A stretch of 64,000 nt of DNA from positions 263,289 to 327,288 of the forward strand of contig CAWKOR010000002.1 in the NCBI GenBank assembly GCA_963851325.1, given 5' to 3'. Position 1 is the stretch's first letter, and each line of letters begins with the position of its first letter. The translations under genes and the position numbers were made by a program. This stretch comes from an uncultured delta proteobacterium (GTDB lineage: Bacteria > Desulfobacterota > Binatia > Binatales > Binataceae). The notes beneath the pieces were generated by a model. It made no database searches, was not told where the DNA came from, and saw only the letters and a program-made list of their open reading frames with translations. This document shows positions 27,971 through 37,697 of the stretch, in pieces.

Positions 27971-29263
27971 CTACGCTTTTGCGATCGCGTCGAGCATCGA
28001 TGCTTCCAGGATTCCTAGTCCCTCGTCCGCCAGTTCCAGCGACATCGTAAGCGGCATCAGCACCCGGATCACATTTGCGTAGATGCCGCAGCTTAGCACG
28101 ATGAGCCCGCGCTCGGTGGCTTTCGCAGCGATGCTTTTCGCGAGCTGCGGCGCGGGCTCCTTGCTCCCGCGATGGCTGACAAACTCGATTGCGAGCATCG
28201 GGCCGAGCCCTCGCACATCGCCGATGCAGGCGAATCGGGGATCTGCTTGAAATGCGTGGAGTCTCTGCGCCACGTGCTCACCGAGCTTCTGTGCGCGGCC
28301 AATGATTCCCTCTTCTTCCATCACGTCCAGAACTGCGAGACCGGCGGCGCAGGATACAGCGTTGCCGGCGAAGGTGCTGCCAAGCCCACCGGGTGCCGGT
28401 GCGTCCATCACGTCGGCGCAGCCGATCACCGCCGAGATCGGAAATCCGCCACCGATGGCCTTGGCGATAGCGATGAGGTCCGGAACTACGCCGGAATGCT
28501 CGATCGCGAACATTTTTCCGGTTCTCCCGAAGCCGGTCTGAATCTCGTCCGCGACGAGCAGTATGCCGTGCCGGTCGCACAAGCGGCGCAGTGCGCGCAT
28601 AAATTCAAATGGCGCGACATTGAAGCCGCCCTCGCCTTGCACCGGTTCGATGACGATCGCGGCTACGCGCGAGGCTTCGACCTCGGCGCGGAAAATCTGC
28701 TCGATACTTGCGAGGCTGGCCTCGCTCGACCCGCCGCGATAGGCATCGGGAAACGCGGCATGAAACACGTCGGCGGAGAACGGACCGAAGCCGACTTTGT
28801 ATGGATTGACTTTTCCGGTCAGCGCCAAGGCCATCATGGTGCGGCCATGGAAGCCGCCGCTGAAGGAAATAATTGCCGGCCGTCCGGTCGCGGCGCGCGC
28901 GATTTTCACCGCGTTCTCAATTGCCTCTGCGCCGGTCGAAAGGATGATGGTCTTCTTCGGCGAGGCGCCGGGCGCGAGTTGATTCAGTCGTTCCGCCAGC
29001 CGGACGTAAACCTCATACGGCGTGACCTGAAAACAGGTGTGGGTGAACGCCTCAAGTTGGTCGCGCACCGCCGCGAGTACGCGCGGGTGACGATGCCCGA
29101 TGTTCTGCACCGCGATGCCGCCGGCGAAATCGATGTAACGGCGGCCCTCGACGTCCCACAGTTCAGCGTTTTCGGCGCGCGCGGCGAACAGCGGAGTGGC
29201 GATTGAAATTCCGCGCGGCACTGCGGTCGACAATCTGGCGGCGAGTTGTTGATTGGAATCCAT
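27971..29263 (-). CDS. Class-III PLP-dependent aminotransferase (GabT / 4-aminobutyrate aminotransferase-like)
   Basis: 430 aa with a PLP-lysine region (GKMFAIEHSGVVPDLIAIAKAIGGGFP) and the characteristic N-terminal motifs. Confidence 0.85.
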   Translation of the reverse strand: MDSNQQLAARLSTAVPRGISIATPLFAARAENAELWDVEGRRYIDFAGGIAVQNIGHRHPRVLAAVRDQLEAFTHTCFQVTPYEVYVRLAERLNQLAPGASPKKTIILSTGAEAIENAVKIARAATGRPAIISFSGGFHGRTMMALALTGKVNPYKVGFGPFSADVFHAAFPDAYRGGSSEASLASIEQIFRAEVEASRVAAIVIEPVQGEGGFNVAPFEFMRALRRLCDRHGILLVADEIQTGFGRTGKMFAIEHSGVVPDLIAIAKAIGGGFPISAVIGCADVMDAPAPGGLGSTFAGNAVSCAAGLAVLDVMEEEGIIGRAQKLGEHVAQRLHAFQADPRFACIGDVRGLGPMLAIEFVSHRGSKEPAPQLAKSIAAKATERGLIVLSCGIYANVIRVLMPLTMSLELADEGLGILEASMLDAIAKA

Positions 29264-29269
29264 CCTGGG

Positions 29270-31477
29270 TTAGTCGCCGATCGAAGCACGAAAATCAACC
29301 ACCACGGGCTGCACACCTTCACTGGAATCATTCGATCTCGCGATTGAGCCACGCACTTCGAACTTCACCGCATCGATCGCGTCGCCGGAAGCATCCACCA
29401 ACGCCAGGCGATGAGATCCGGCCACGGGCGTCCACAACTGTGCAGCAGTCGCGATGCCAAGATTCGAACCATCGAGCTGCCAGCGCATCGCGGGGGTGCA
29501 TTGCGAACCTTCGAAAGACACTTTCTGCCGCGCCAGCGGAATGTCGGGATCGAACGCAACGATACTTCCGTCGGCGGGCGAAGTGATGCGCGCCCGCGAG
29601 GAATCGAGGCGCATCGCGACAACGTTGGGTTCGGTTCCGGGGATGAACAGCTCGTCGCGCGCCGGTTCGATCGCGTTGGGAAATTCCACTCGCCTGGCGA
29701 CCAGCCCGCGAGGCCGGGGAAAATCCGCCGGCTCCCCGAAGCGCCGATGCAGGTAGCTGACAACCTCGAGCCACACCGGCGCCGCGCCGGTCATGCCGGT
29801 GATGTCGCGCATCGGCGCGCCCGATGAATTTCCCACCCATACTCCAACGGTGAAGGGTCGCGTATATCCAACGCACCAGTTGTCGCGCATGTCTTTGCTG
29901 GTTCCGGTTTTAACCGCGCTCCAGAACGGCGTGGCGAGGCTGTTCTCGAGGCCGAACGTCGCGCTGCGGCTGGCGCGATCGGAAAGGATATCGGAAATCA
30001 GAAAGGCGGTTTCGTCGCTGTAGATGCGGCGGCGCGCAACATCATTCGGATCCGGTTGCACGCGCAGCGGCGACCATTCGCCGCGATTGGCCAGCGTGCG
30101 ATACGCGTTGACGATTTCCCACAACGTCACATCCGCGGAACCCAGCGCAATCGCGCCGCCGTAGTAATCGCCGGCCTCGGACACACCGTTGAATCCGAGC
30201 GCGCGCAGATGCTCGACAAACTGATCGACGCCCACCATGTCGGCGGTGCGCACTGCCGGTACATTCAGCGACGACGCCAGCGCAGTTCGCATGGAGACCA
30301 GACCACGGAAACGGCGATCGTAGTCGAGTGGGCGATAAAGCCCGCGCTGCTCGGGCAACTCCAGCGGCGAATCGTCGAGCATCGAGGCTGGAGTGAGCAG
30401 GCGTCGCTGCAACGCGAGCGCATACAGAAAAGGCTTCAATGCGGAGCCGGGCTGGCGCAAAGCATGGACCGCGTCGACATATGGCGCGTCGGAAAGCTCG
30501 CCGGCCCCGCCCACGTACGCCCTTACCTCCCCGCTCGAGTTGTCGGCAACGAGCACCGCGCCGTCGTCGACATTGCGATCGTGAACCTGGGCCACCTGAT
30601 GACGAAGCGCATCGGTCGCGAAGCGCTGCAGGTCGCGGTCCAGGGTGCATTGCGTTTGCGCGCCGCCCTCGGGCATCAGATGCTGCGCGAGATGAGGCGC
30701 GAGCGCCAACCTCGCAAAACGGCTGGGGCGGTGGGCAAATGCAGCGTCCATCGCGACCACCACGTCGCCGCGACTCGGCGCATCCGGGCTATCCTGCCGA
30801 AGCCGCATTGCGCGACGCTCGACCGCCGCGCGATTGGCGTTCGGCGCGCGTAGCAATGACGCGAGCACGATCGCCTCGCCGCGATTGATTCCGTGGGGTG
30901 CCTTACCGAACAGCACGCGCGATGCGGCGCCGACTCCCTGCAACTCGCCGCGCCAGGTGACCATGTTCAAATAGCTTTCGAGGATTTGGTCCTTGGACCA
31001 ACTGCGTTCGAGCGCGAGCGCCGCCCGCATTTGTTCGAGTTTCTGGATGATCCCGCGATGACGGGCGCGCCGCTGCAGCGCCGGATCGAGCATCGCCACC
31101 AACTGCATCGTGATGGTACTCGCACCGCGCGGAGGTTTGCCTATGATGGTTTTGGCGAGCGCGCCCGCAACTGCGATCGCATCGACGCCATGGTGTGTCG
31201 CGAAGCGATGATCCTCCGACGCGACAACTTCCTGCCCAAGCGCCGGTGAGATGGCATTCAACGGAGTCCATGCGAGGCGGCGTCCATGGCGATCGATACG
31301 GATTTCATGCAGCGGCTCGCCGTATCGATCGACCAGTTGCACATCCGACGGATGCCAGCGCGCGCGCACCTCCGGGAACGTGGGCAGCATCGGCGCCGAC
31401 AGCAGCCATCCCGCGCAAATAGCGGTGATCGCGACCGCTCCGAGAGCGGGCAGCATGGGCATGCGATGAATCTTCAT
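29270..31477 (-). CDS. pbpC: Penicillin-binding protein 1C (PbpC): GT51 transglycosylase, transpeptidase and PbpC C-terminal domain
   Basis: 735 aa with the GT51 motif EDHRF, transpeptidase SALKPF (SxxK) and KTGTS, and a C-terminal PBP1C-specific domain. The start overlaps the upstream A2M stop (ATGA). Confidence 0.9.
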   Translation of the reverse strand: MKIHRMPMLPALGAVAITAICAGWLLSAPMLPTFPEVRARWHPSDVQLVDRYGEPLHEIRIDRHGRRLAWTPLNAISPALGQEVVASEDHRFATHHGVDAIAVAGALAKTIIGKPPRGASTITMQLVAMLDPALQRRARHRGIIQKLEQMRAALALERSWSKDQILESYLNMVTWRGELQGVGAASRVLFGKAPHGINRGEAIVLASLLRAPNANRAAVERRAMRLRQDSPDAPSRGDVVVAMDAAFAHRPSRFARLALAPHLAQHLMPEGGAQTQCTLDRDLQRFATDALRHQVAQVHDRNVDDGAVLVADNSSGEVRAYVGGAGELSDAPYVDAVHALRQPGSALKPFLYALALQRRLLTPASMLDDSPLELPEQRGLYRPLDYDRRFRGLVSMRTALASSLNVPAVRTADMVGVDQFVEHLRALGFNGVSEAGDYYGGAIALGSADVTLWEIVNAYRTLANRGEWSPLRVQPDPNDVARRRIYSDETAFLISDILSDRASRSATFGLENSLATPFWSAVKTGTSKDMRDNWCVGYTRPFTVGVWVGNSSGAPMRDITGMTGAAPVWLEVVSYLHRRFGEPADFPRPRGLVARRVEFPNAIEPARDELFIPGTEPNVVAMRLDSSRARITSPADGSIVAFDPDIPLARQKVSFEGSQCTPAMRWQLDGSNLGIATAAQLWTPVAGSHRLALVDASGDAIDAVKFEVRGSIARSNDSSEGVQPVVVDFRASIGD

Positions 31478-34400
31478 GGTGCGACGTCGAAGCGAGCGTT
31501 GGGGATCTCGCCAAACATTTCGGGCTCGTAGAGCGCCTCGACGCGCGTCGACGGCATCTGAAATTGCCCGGCCTGGTTGAGGCGAATGGTGTATTCGGCC
31601 TCGAAGCCACCCTTCGGAATGTAGTGATAATAGGCGCGATAGGCATCGAACGGGCGCTCAACGAAATCGGGCCAGAACAAATCGTTGGCGAACACCGCGG
31701 TGAGTCCGCCACGACTCGGCATCAGCAAGGCGTCCGAAGTCTGCTCGCCGGACACCGCGATCCGCGAATCGCGCTGAAGACCGCCGCCGAGATGCGATGC
31801 GCCTGCCGGAATCGGATCGTTGACGACAACCCAAGTCATATCGCTTTGAGCGTCGATCTTGAGGTGAATGCGAACGAGATCGCCGCTGTGCCATGCCCCG
31901 GTGCGCGAAGCCTCGACCGGCGTGATGGTCTTCGTAATGGTGTAGCCGCTCAAAACCGGTTGCGTAAGCGGTACCGCGGCATTGGCCTGAATAGTCGCCC
32001 ACGGATTGCCGGTTCCGGAATGCACGAGATGCAACTCGCTCGGCATCGCCGGCCACGGGAGATCCAATTTTCCGCCGGCCGGTTCTTTCGCCCAGGCGAG
32101 GACCTGCTTCGCCTCATTCAGAGTCGCCGCGGTATCACCGGTCACCGGCTGCGATTCGAAGGCCGCGGCGAATTTTTCGGTCGCGAGCGTTCCCCATGCA
32201 TTGGCGACGGTGGTGCCCCAGTTGCCGCGGACCTGCATCGCGATCATGCCGGAGGTCACCCGCGAAACGTCGTCGGTCCAAAGTTTGTGATCGATCAGAA
32301 GTAGCGTCAGGCGCGCCATATTCTCGGATGGCGAAACCATCAGCCACCAGAAATTGTTGCGCGGATCGGATGACAGATGCATCGCGGTTCCCTGCGAGTT
32401 CAGCCTTGCGCGAATGATCTGCTCCGCCGCTTCGATCAGCTTCTCGCGATCGGGGAGCGCCGGCGTGCGCAGCAGGATGCTCCACCAATCGAGCACGGCA
32501 GAATCGGGCCATAGATTCGGATCGATGGTGAGACTGCCGAGCAGCGCGGGCTTGATCGTTCCGATGCGCGCGAGTGCTTCGATGGCCGCCAGCTTACGCA
32601 TCGGGAGATCGACGGTCTGGATCGATTCGTTGCGAATGATCTTGCCTTCAACGAAGCCGTGCAGCCCGCCGCGCATCTGCTCCTGGAGCGGCGCGGGAAT
32701 TTTCAGCCCGGCTTCGTTGGTAACCGCAAGCACGTAGGAAGTAAGGACATCGCTGCCCTGCTGCATCATCGGGAAATATTTCAGCAGACCATCGGAATCG
32801 ACGTATGAAGGAAGCTCGGCAACCACGCCGCTCCACAGCTTCGCATCGTGCAGCGCCACTGCGCGCGAGACTCGCTGCTCGAGACATATATAAGGGTAGT
32901 CGCGCATCCATTGACGCACGGCCTCCAAACCGGCAACCAGCGATGGACGCAGCCCGACCACGATGCCGCCGGCGCCGGGTAGCGCGCCCTGCGGCGCGGC
33001 AACTGGAACCTCGATCGGTTTGTCGACCCGCATCAGAGTCGCCTGATAGGTCCGAATCGGCACCGCGGGCAATACACGCTGGGTCACCTGCAAATGATCG
33101 GAGGCCCCCTTGGCGAGCGCATCGAGGCGGTAGGTCAAATCGCCCGACGATGACGCGGGAACCCTGACGTTCCAGTTCATGATTTTCCCGTCGCCAGGAG
33201 CAAGATTCACCTTCTGCGCGAAAGGCTGATTGAGGCCGACGATTTTCCCGTTGACGCCTGCTTCGAGAGAACGCTCGGAGGCGTTACGCACCGTGAACGC
33301 GGCCATGAAGGCGTCGCCGTTTCGAATGATTGGCGAAATGCCCGGCAGGATCATGAGGTCCTGGGTTGATTTGATAGTCGCCGCGCCGGTCCCGAAAAGT
33401 CCGGCCTCGCTGCTGGCAATCGCGACGATGCGGAAGCTGGTCAGCGAATCGTTCAGCGGCACTTCAATCGAGGCATCGCCGTTTGCATCGATGGGAACGC
33501 TCGCCTTCCACAGCAGCAGCGTGTCGAAGAGTTTGCGGGTGACCTGGCGCCCACCTCCACCGCCGGGCGGAATTGCCTTCAATCCGTAATGACGCTTGCC
33601 CACCACCTCCATCTGCGCGGTCGCGGTCTCGATTTGGTACGAGCGGCGTCCCATCATCGCGTCAAGGAGCTTCCAACTGTCGTTGTGCATCAGCTCGAGG
33701 AGGCCTTCGTCGACCGCAGCGAGCGCGACCTCGCTTCCCGCAGGCGGCGCCTTCCCGTTGGCGGTCCGCACGGAAACTTTGACTCGCGCTTTTTCTCTGA
33801 CGCGATAGACCGCGCGGTCGGGCGTGACGCCGACCTTGAGTTCGTGATCGCGCCATCCGACGCGGATCTCCGCGATGCCGAGTTTGAAGGCCGGCTTGCC
33901 GAGGTCCACCATCGCGGTCGGCTGGATCGACCCGATCCGGCCGCGAACCGCCAGCACCGAGACGTATACGTTGGGCGCGTAGTCGCGCACCGGCAGCGTG
34001 ATGCTTGGATCCTTACCCGAGAGGGACAGCACCGACGCGGCGATCACCCCTTCGCGCTCGACGGTGACCAGGGCGGTCGCCGCGCCGAACGGCATCCGAA
34101 CCTGGAAGCGCGCGGTGTCGCCTGGCTGATACTGCCGCTTCTCGGGCAGCACATCCATGCGATCGTCGTCGTGGCCGCGAAAGACGAATCGGTCGGGGCC
34201 AGGAATGTAAATTTCGAGAAATGACGACGACGAATGGCCCGCGTCATCGGTCACGGTTGCCTGCGCGACGACCTCGCCGGTCGCGGCAGTCTGCGCCTCG
34301 CACACCATCAGGCCGTGGCGATCGGTCTTGCCGGAGCACAAGTCGCCGATGCGTCTGGTGTCGGTGATATTCTCGTAGGCGTAAAATCCACCAATCAGGC

Positions 34401-37284
34401 GTTTGCGATAGCCATAGCGTTTGCGGGCGAAGAGCGCGACGCTGACCGGCGCATTCGCGACCGCCTTGCCGGCATCGTCGACCACCGCGATGTGAACCTT
34501 CGGCTTGTCGGAGGCCGCAATCCAATCGGGAATCGAAACTCCGACCAAGCGCTTCGACGGCCAAATCGTGGTCCTATTGGAAACGGTTTGGGTCTCGCCG
34601 TTGGGGTCGCGATATTCCATCTCGGCGGTCAACTCGATCGGCGTCGTCGCGGTCTTGATGCCGGTGATCTCGGTGCGCGCACCACCCGCCGCATCGAGCA
34701 CCAGGTCGATCCGTTGATGAACACCCTGGTGCTGCTGCGCGGGCGTCGCCTCCTCGATGTCCTCGCCCTCGCGCACGATGCCCTCGGTCACCGTTCCATT
34801 GGCGAAGGTGAAATTCTCGAAATCGGGGAACTGCGGAAACGCGTTGGGGTTGAGCTGGCTGCGAATTGTAACCGGAAGCCCTTTGGCTGCGCCGCCGGAA
34901 AGGTATTCTGCGCTGACATCGATGGGAACCCTGGTGGCCGCGACCTGCGCCGCGGTGGGCATCCGGATCTGCGCGCGCATCAGCGGAACGCGAAACTCCT
35001 CGACGCGAAAACCACCGCTGCTCAACTCCACCGAAGTTCCGCCGTCGCCGGAATCATCGGGGCCTGGGGACGCGGTTGCCTTCCGGCTATGCAGCATCGC
35101 GATTTGGTACTGGCCGAGCCGGGCGGTTTTAGGAATTTCCCAATCCAATTCGGCGGTGCCATTCGGGTTCCAGGTCAGATCGAAATCGAAGTGCTGGTCG
35201 CTGCCGGAATGCCGAATTGAAAGCGAGTTCGGCAGATCCTCGATGTGCGGTATAGAAAACCCATCAAGGGTTTTCGCACGAATGAAATGCTTCATGTGAA
35301 CCGTTTCGCCGGCCCGAAATAGCGGACGATCCAGCACCGTATGCGCGGCCAGGTTCGGCGATGAATCATCGCTCGGAAGATGAAAGCGCCACGCCTCGAT
35401 GCCTTGCCGCCAACTGGAATGGACGAAGCTGAAATCTGTGCCCTTGCGCGCGGTCACGATCACTCCCGAATCGAGATCGTTGATGGGGGTCAGTTGTTCG
35501 GAAAATGAATCGGGATCGGGATGTTCGTCCGGCGTCCGATCGCATCGGGGCAACGCACTAAGCGCCGAGACGCCAGTCACGATCGCGAGGCCGCGCGCAT
35601 CGGTGCTCCCGTACCAGAGCTCCTTGCCGCTGCAATCGGCGATCGCGACGGTCGCGTCGGGGACCGGCTTGGCGCTCTCGAGCTCGGTGACCCAAATCAG
35701 GGAGTTCTGGTTGCCCTTCTTGAAGTGCACCGCGAGGTCGGTGACCAGGGCGATGGTCGGCACGTACATCGGCGCGTCGGTGTCGAGCAAATCCTGGCCC
35801 AACTTTTTGCTTTCGAGCTCGACGACATAAAATCCGGTCCTCTTCAGCGGGATGCCCATCACCTCGAAAGCCTTGGCGCCGTTGGGCTTCGGAATGGTGA
35901 ACTCGCGTGCGCCCGCTTTTAAATCGCCCGCGAAAACCGAGTCGGCGCGATGCGCGCCTGCGACTTTGCGCATCCAGGATAGTGAGGATGCGGCATCCGG
36001 GTCAGGCATCCTCCACAATGTCGCCTCGATCCGGGTGAGGGCGTCGGCATTCGCGGATGCGCTCTCATCCAGGCGCATCTGATGGCCGCGGATCTGCGCC
36101 TCGAGGTTGCGCACGGTGACGGGAAGTACAGGATCGACCGCCTCGATGATGCCGAAGCGCGAAGAAAATTTCGCGAGCGGTGGAAACTCGCCGGTTGCGA
36201 CAGTCATCGGAAAGCGCGCGGCATTGGACAAGGCGTGCCCCGCGTCGTCCACGACCTTGGGTGGCAGCTCGATTTTGTATTGCGTCGATTCCTTGAACGG
36301 TCCCCGAAAAGTCACCTCGGAGATCGAGGCCTTGCCCTGATCGTAAATTGCGATGGTCGGGGTAATCCGCGAGCCGTCGGACGCGACCAGCGCGACCTGT
36401 TTCGCCAGTGCCGTCGCGATTGGCTCGCTAAACCACAACGACATTGGGGTGACGGGGATGCAGGCGGCGTGCGCATTCTCGCGCTCGCATCGAAGCGCGG
36501 CCTCGAATGGCTTGCGACTTTTGAAGTTGAGGATCTGGTCCTTGATGGTCGCCACGCCGGAGGTCGCCCTGATGCCTTTGCCCCAAATCAAGCTGATCGC
36601 GGCGCCGTTCGGAAAACTCTGTTTGGCCTGGAGAACGAGCGCCGGCCGATTCGAGATGAAATTCTTGAAGTGCTTCAGCAGGATATCGCGATCGGCAGCG
36701 CCCATGATCTTGACGCCGACTCGCTCGGGAATGCCTTCGATAGAAAATCCCGCGTTTGCGACGACTGATGCGAGGTCGGGCTCAGCGTCCAGGACCAGCA
36801 CGAACGCCTGCTGTTCATCGAGATCCTCGCTTCCACCCCATGGCATCGATTCGACGACTGAGGGCCCACCGGTATCGAAGTGGAACTCAGGTCGCGAAGT
36901 GAATGAGGTCCCCGCCAGAGTGCGCAGTTTGGCACGCAGGCGGAAACTACAGCGCACGCCGGCCGGCAGATCGTGCGCGAAGTCGTAGGCCCATCGATTC
37001 GTGTCGATCCATCGCGCGGAACCTTTCGCAGAGCAATCGACCTCGAAGGGCATCGCGCCCTCGAATGCCCTTCCGAGCGGAACCATCGGCTCGGAAAATT
37101 GCGCCGTCACCTGGCGAACATCCTTGACGGTTCCCTGCGGCGAGAACCGAAGCACTCGCGGCGACGATTGCGCACGCGCGACGGCAGAACTCAGAATTAG
37201 GATCGCAGACAGCAGCGGAAGGCAGCGCGCGAGGGGCCAACAACTCGGCCGAGAGTCGATGTGCGTCGAACCGTTCGCTTCCAA
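31474..37284 (-). CDS. Bacterial alpha-2-macroglobulin (YfhM/ECAM family), thioester-containing
   Basis: 1,936 aa with a signal peptide, multiple MG domains and the thioester motif CLEQ (YPYICLEQ). It is in the conserved A2M-pbpC gene pair arrangement. Confidence 0.9.
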   Translation of the reverse strand: MEANGSTHIDSRPSCWPLARCLPLLSAILILSSAVARAQSSPRVLRFSPQGTVKDVRQVTAQFSEPMVPLGRAFEGAMPFEVDCSAKGSARWIDTNRWAYDFAHDLPAGVRCSFRLRAKLRTLAGTSFTSRPEFHFDTGGPSVVESMPWGGSEDLDEQQAFVLVLDAEPDLASVVANAGFSIEGIPERVGVKIMGAADRDILLKHFKNFISNRPALVLQAKQSFPNGAAISLIWGKGIRATSGVATIKDQILNFKSRKPFEAALRCERENAHAACIPVTPMSLWFSEPIATALAKQVALVASDGSRITPTIAIYDQGKASISEVTFRGPFKESTQYKIELPPKVVDDAGHALSNAARFPMTVATGEFPPLAKFSSRFGIIEAVDPVLPVTVRNLEAQIRGHQMRLDESASANADALTRIEATLWRMPDPDAASSLSWMRKVAGAHRADSVFAGDLKAGAREFTIPKPNGAKAFEVMGIPLKRTGFYVVELESKKLGQDLLDTDAPMYVPTIALVTDLAVHFKKGNQNSLIWVTELESAKPVPDATVAIADCSGKELWYGSTDARGLAIVTGVSALSALPRCDRTPDEHPDPDSFSEQLTPINDLDSGVIVTARKGTDFSFVHSSWRQGIEAWRFHLPSDDSSPNLAAHTVLDRPLFRAGETVHMKHFIRAKTLDGFSIPHIEDLPNSLSIRHSGSDQHFDFDLTWNPNGTAELDWEIPKTARLGQYQIAMLHSRKATASPGPDDSGDGGTSVELSSGGFRVEEFRVPLMRAQIRMPTAAQVAATRVPIDVSAEYLSGGAAKGLPVTIRSQLNPNAFPQFPDFENFTFANGTVTEGIVREGEDIEEATPAQQHQGVHQRIDLVLDAAGGARTEITGIKTATTPIELTAEMEYRDPNGETQTVSNRTTIWPSKRLVGVSIPDWIAASDKPKVHIAVVDDAGKAVANAPVSVALFARKRYGYRKRLIGGFYAYENITDTRRIGDLCSGKTDRHGLMVCEAQTAATGEVVAQATVTDDAGHSSSSFLEIYIPGPDRFVFRGHDDDRMDVLPEKRQYQPGDTARFQVRMPFGAATALVTVEREGVIAASVLSLSGKDPSITLPVRDYAPNVYVSVLAVRGRIGSIQPTAMVDLGKPAFKLGIAEIRVGWRDHELKVGVTPDRAVYRVREKARVKVSVRTANGKAPPAGSEVALAAVDEGLLELMHNDSWKLLDAMMGRRSYQIETATAQMEVVGKRHYGLKAIPPGGGGGRQVTRKLFDTLLLWKASVPIDANGDASIEVPLNDSLTSFRIVAIASSEAGLFGTGAATIKSTQDLMILPGISPIIRNGDAFMAAFTVRNASERSLEAGVNGKIVGLNQPFAQKVNLAPGDGKIMNWNVRVPASSSGDLTYRLDALAKGASDHLQVTQRVLPAVPIRTYQATLMRVDKPIEVPVAAPQGALPGAGGIVVGLRPSLVAGLEAVRQWMRDYPYICLEQRVSRAVALHDAKLWSGVVAELPSYVDSDGLLKYFPMMQQGSDVLTSYVLAVTNEAGLKIPAPLQEQMRGGLHGFVEGKIIRNESIQTVDLPMRKLAAIEALARIGTIKPALLGSLTIDPNLWPDSAVLDWWSILLRTPALPDREKLIEAAEQIIRARLNSQGTAMHLSSDPRNNFWWLMVSPSENMARLTLLLIDHKLWTDDVSRVTSGMIAMQVRGNWGTTVANAWGTLATEKFAAAFESQPVTGDTAATLNEAKQVLAWAKEPAGGKLDLPWPAMPSELHLVHSGTGNPWATIQANAAVPLTQPVLSGYTITKTITPVEASRTGAWHSGDLVRIHLKIDAQSDMTWVVVNDPIPAGASHLGGGLQRDSRIAVSGEQTSDALLMPSRGGLTAVFANDLFWPDFVERPFDAYRAYYHYIPKGGFEAEYTIRLNQAGQFQMPSTRVEALYEPEMFGEIPNARFDVAP

Positions 37285-37697
37285 ATGGCCCCTCCGAGAT
37301 ATGGACGACGGAAAATTGTCCGGCAGAATGCTCTCGCCGAAACAATCGAGGCAAGGGTGGCATAAAGCGGCAAGCTTGCGAAAGCGACCGCAGTAAAAGG
37401 AGTTAGATTAGGCGAAGTCTTCTAATGGATAAGCAATGGATATGAATCGTACACGACCTATATTATCCGATGGGTCAGAAATTCTATCGATATCGCGCGA
37501 ACACAGTCAGCCGGAGTCTGTTGCTGCTTATAGTTGCCACTCTTGGCTTAATCTTCTGAGAGGCGTATATTCCGACGCTCAATCGGCAAGTGTGGGTAAC
37601 CCGCCCGGAGCACACCTGACGATCTGGGGTTCTGGTGGGGAGCGGGTTGGTTCTGGGGAGCATTAAAGCAGCCAACGACTCCGGGCGTGGGGGGCTT

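Noticed and set aside
28172-29206. 344-aa + strand ORF
   Set aside because: Antisense to the GabT-like aminotransferase.
33589-34224. Several 200-330-aa + strand ORFs inside 31474..37284
   Set aside because: All are antisense to, or out of frame within, the alpha-2-macroglobulin gene. None has homology-like features.
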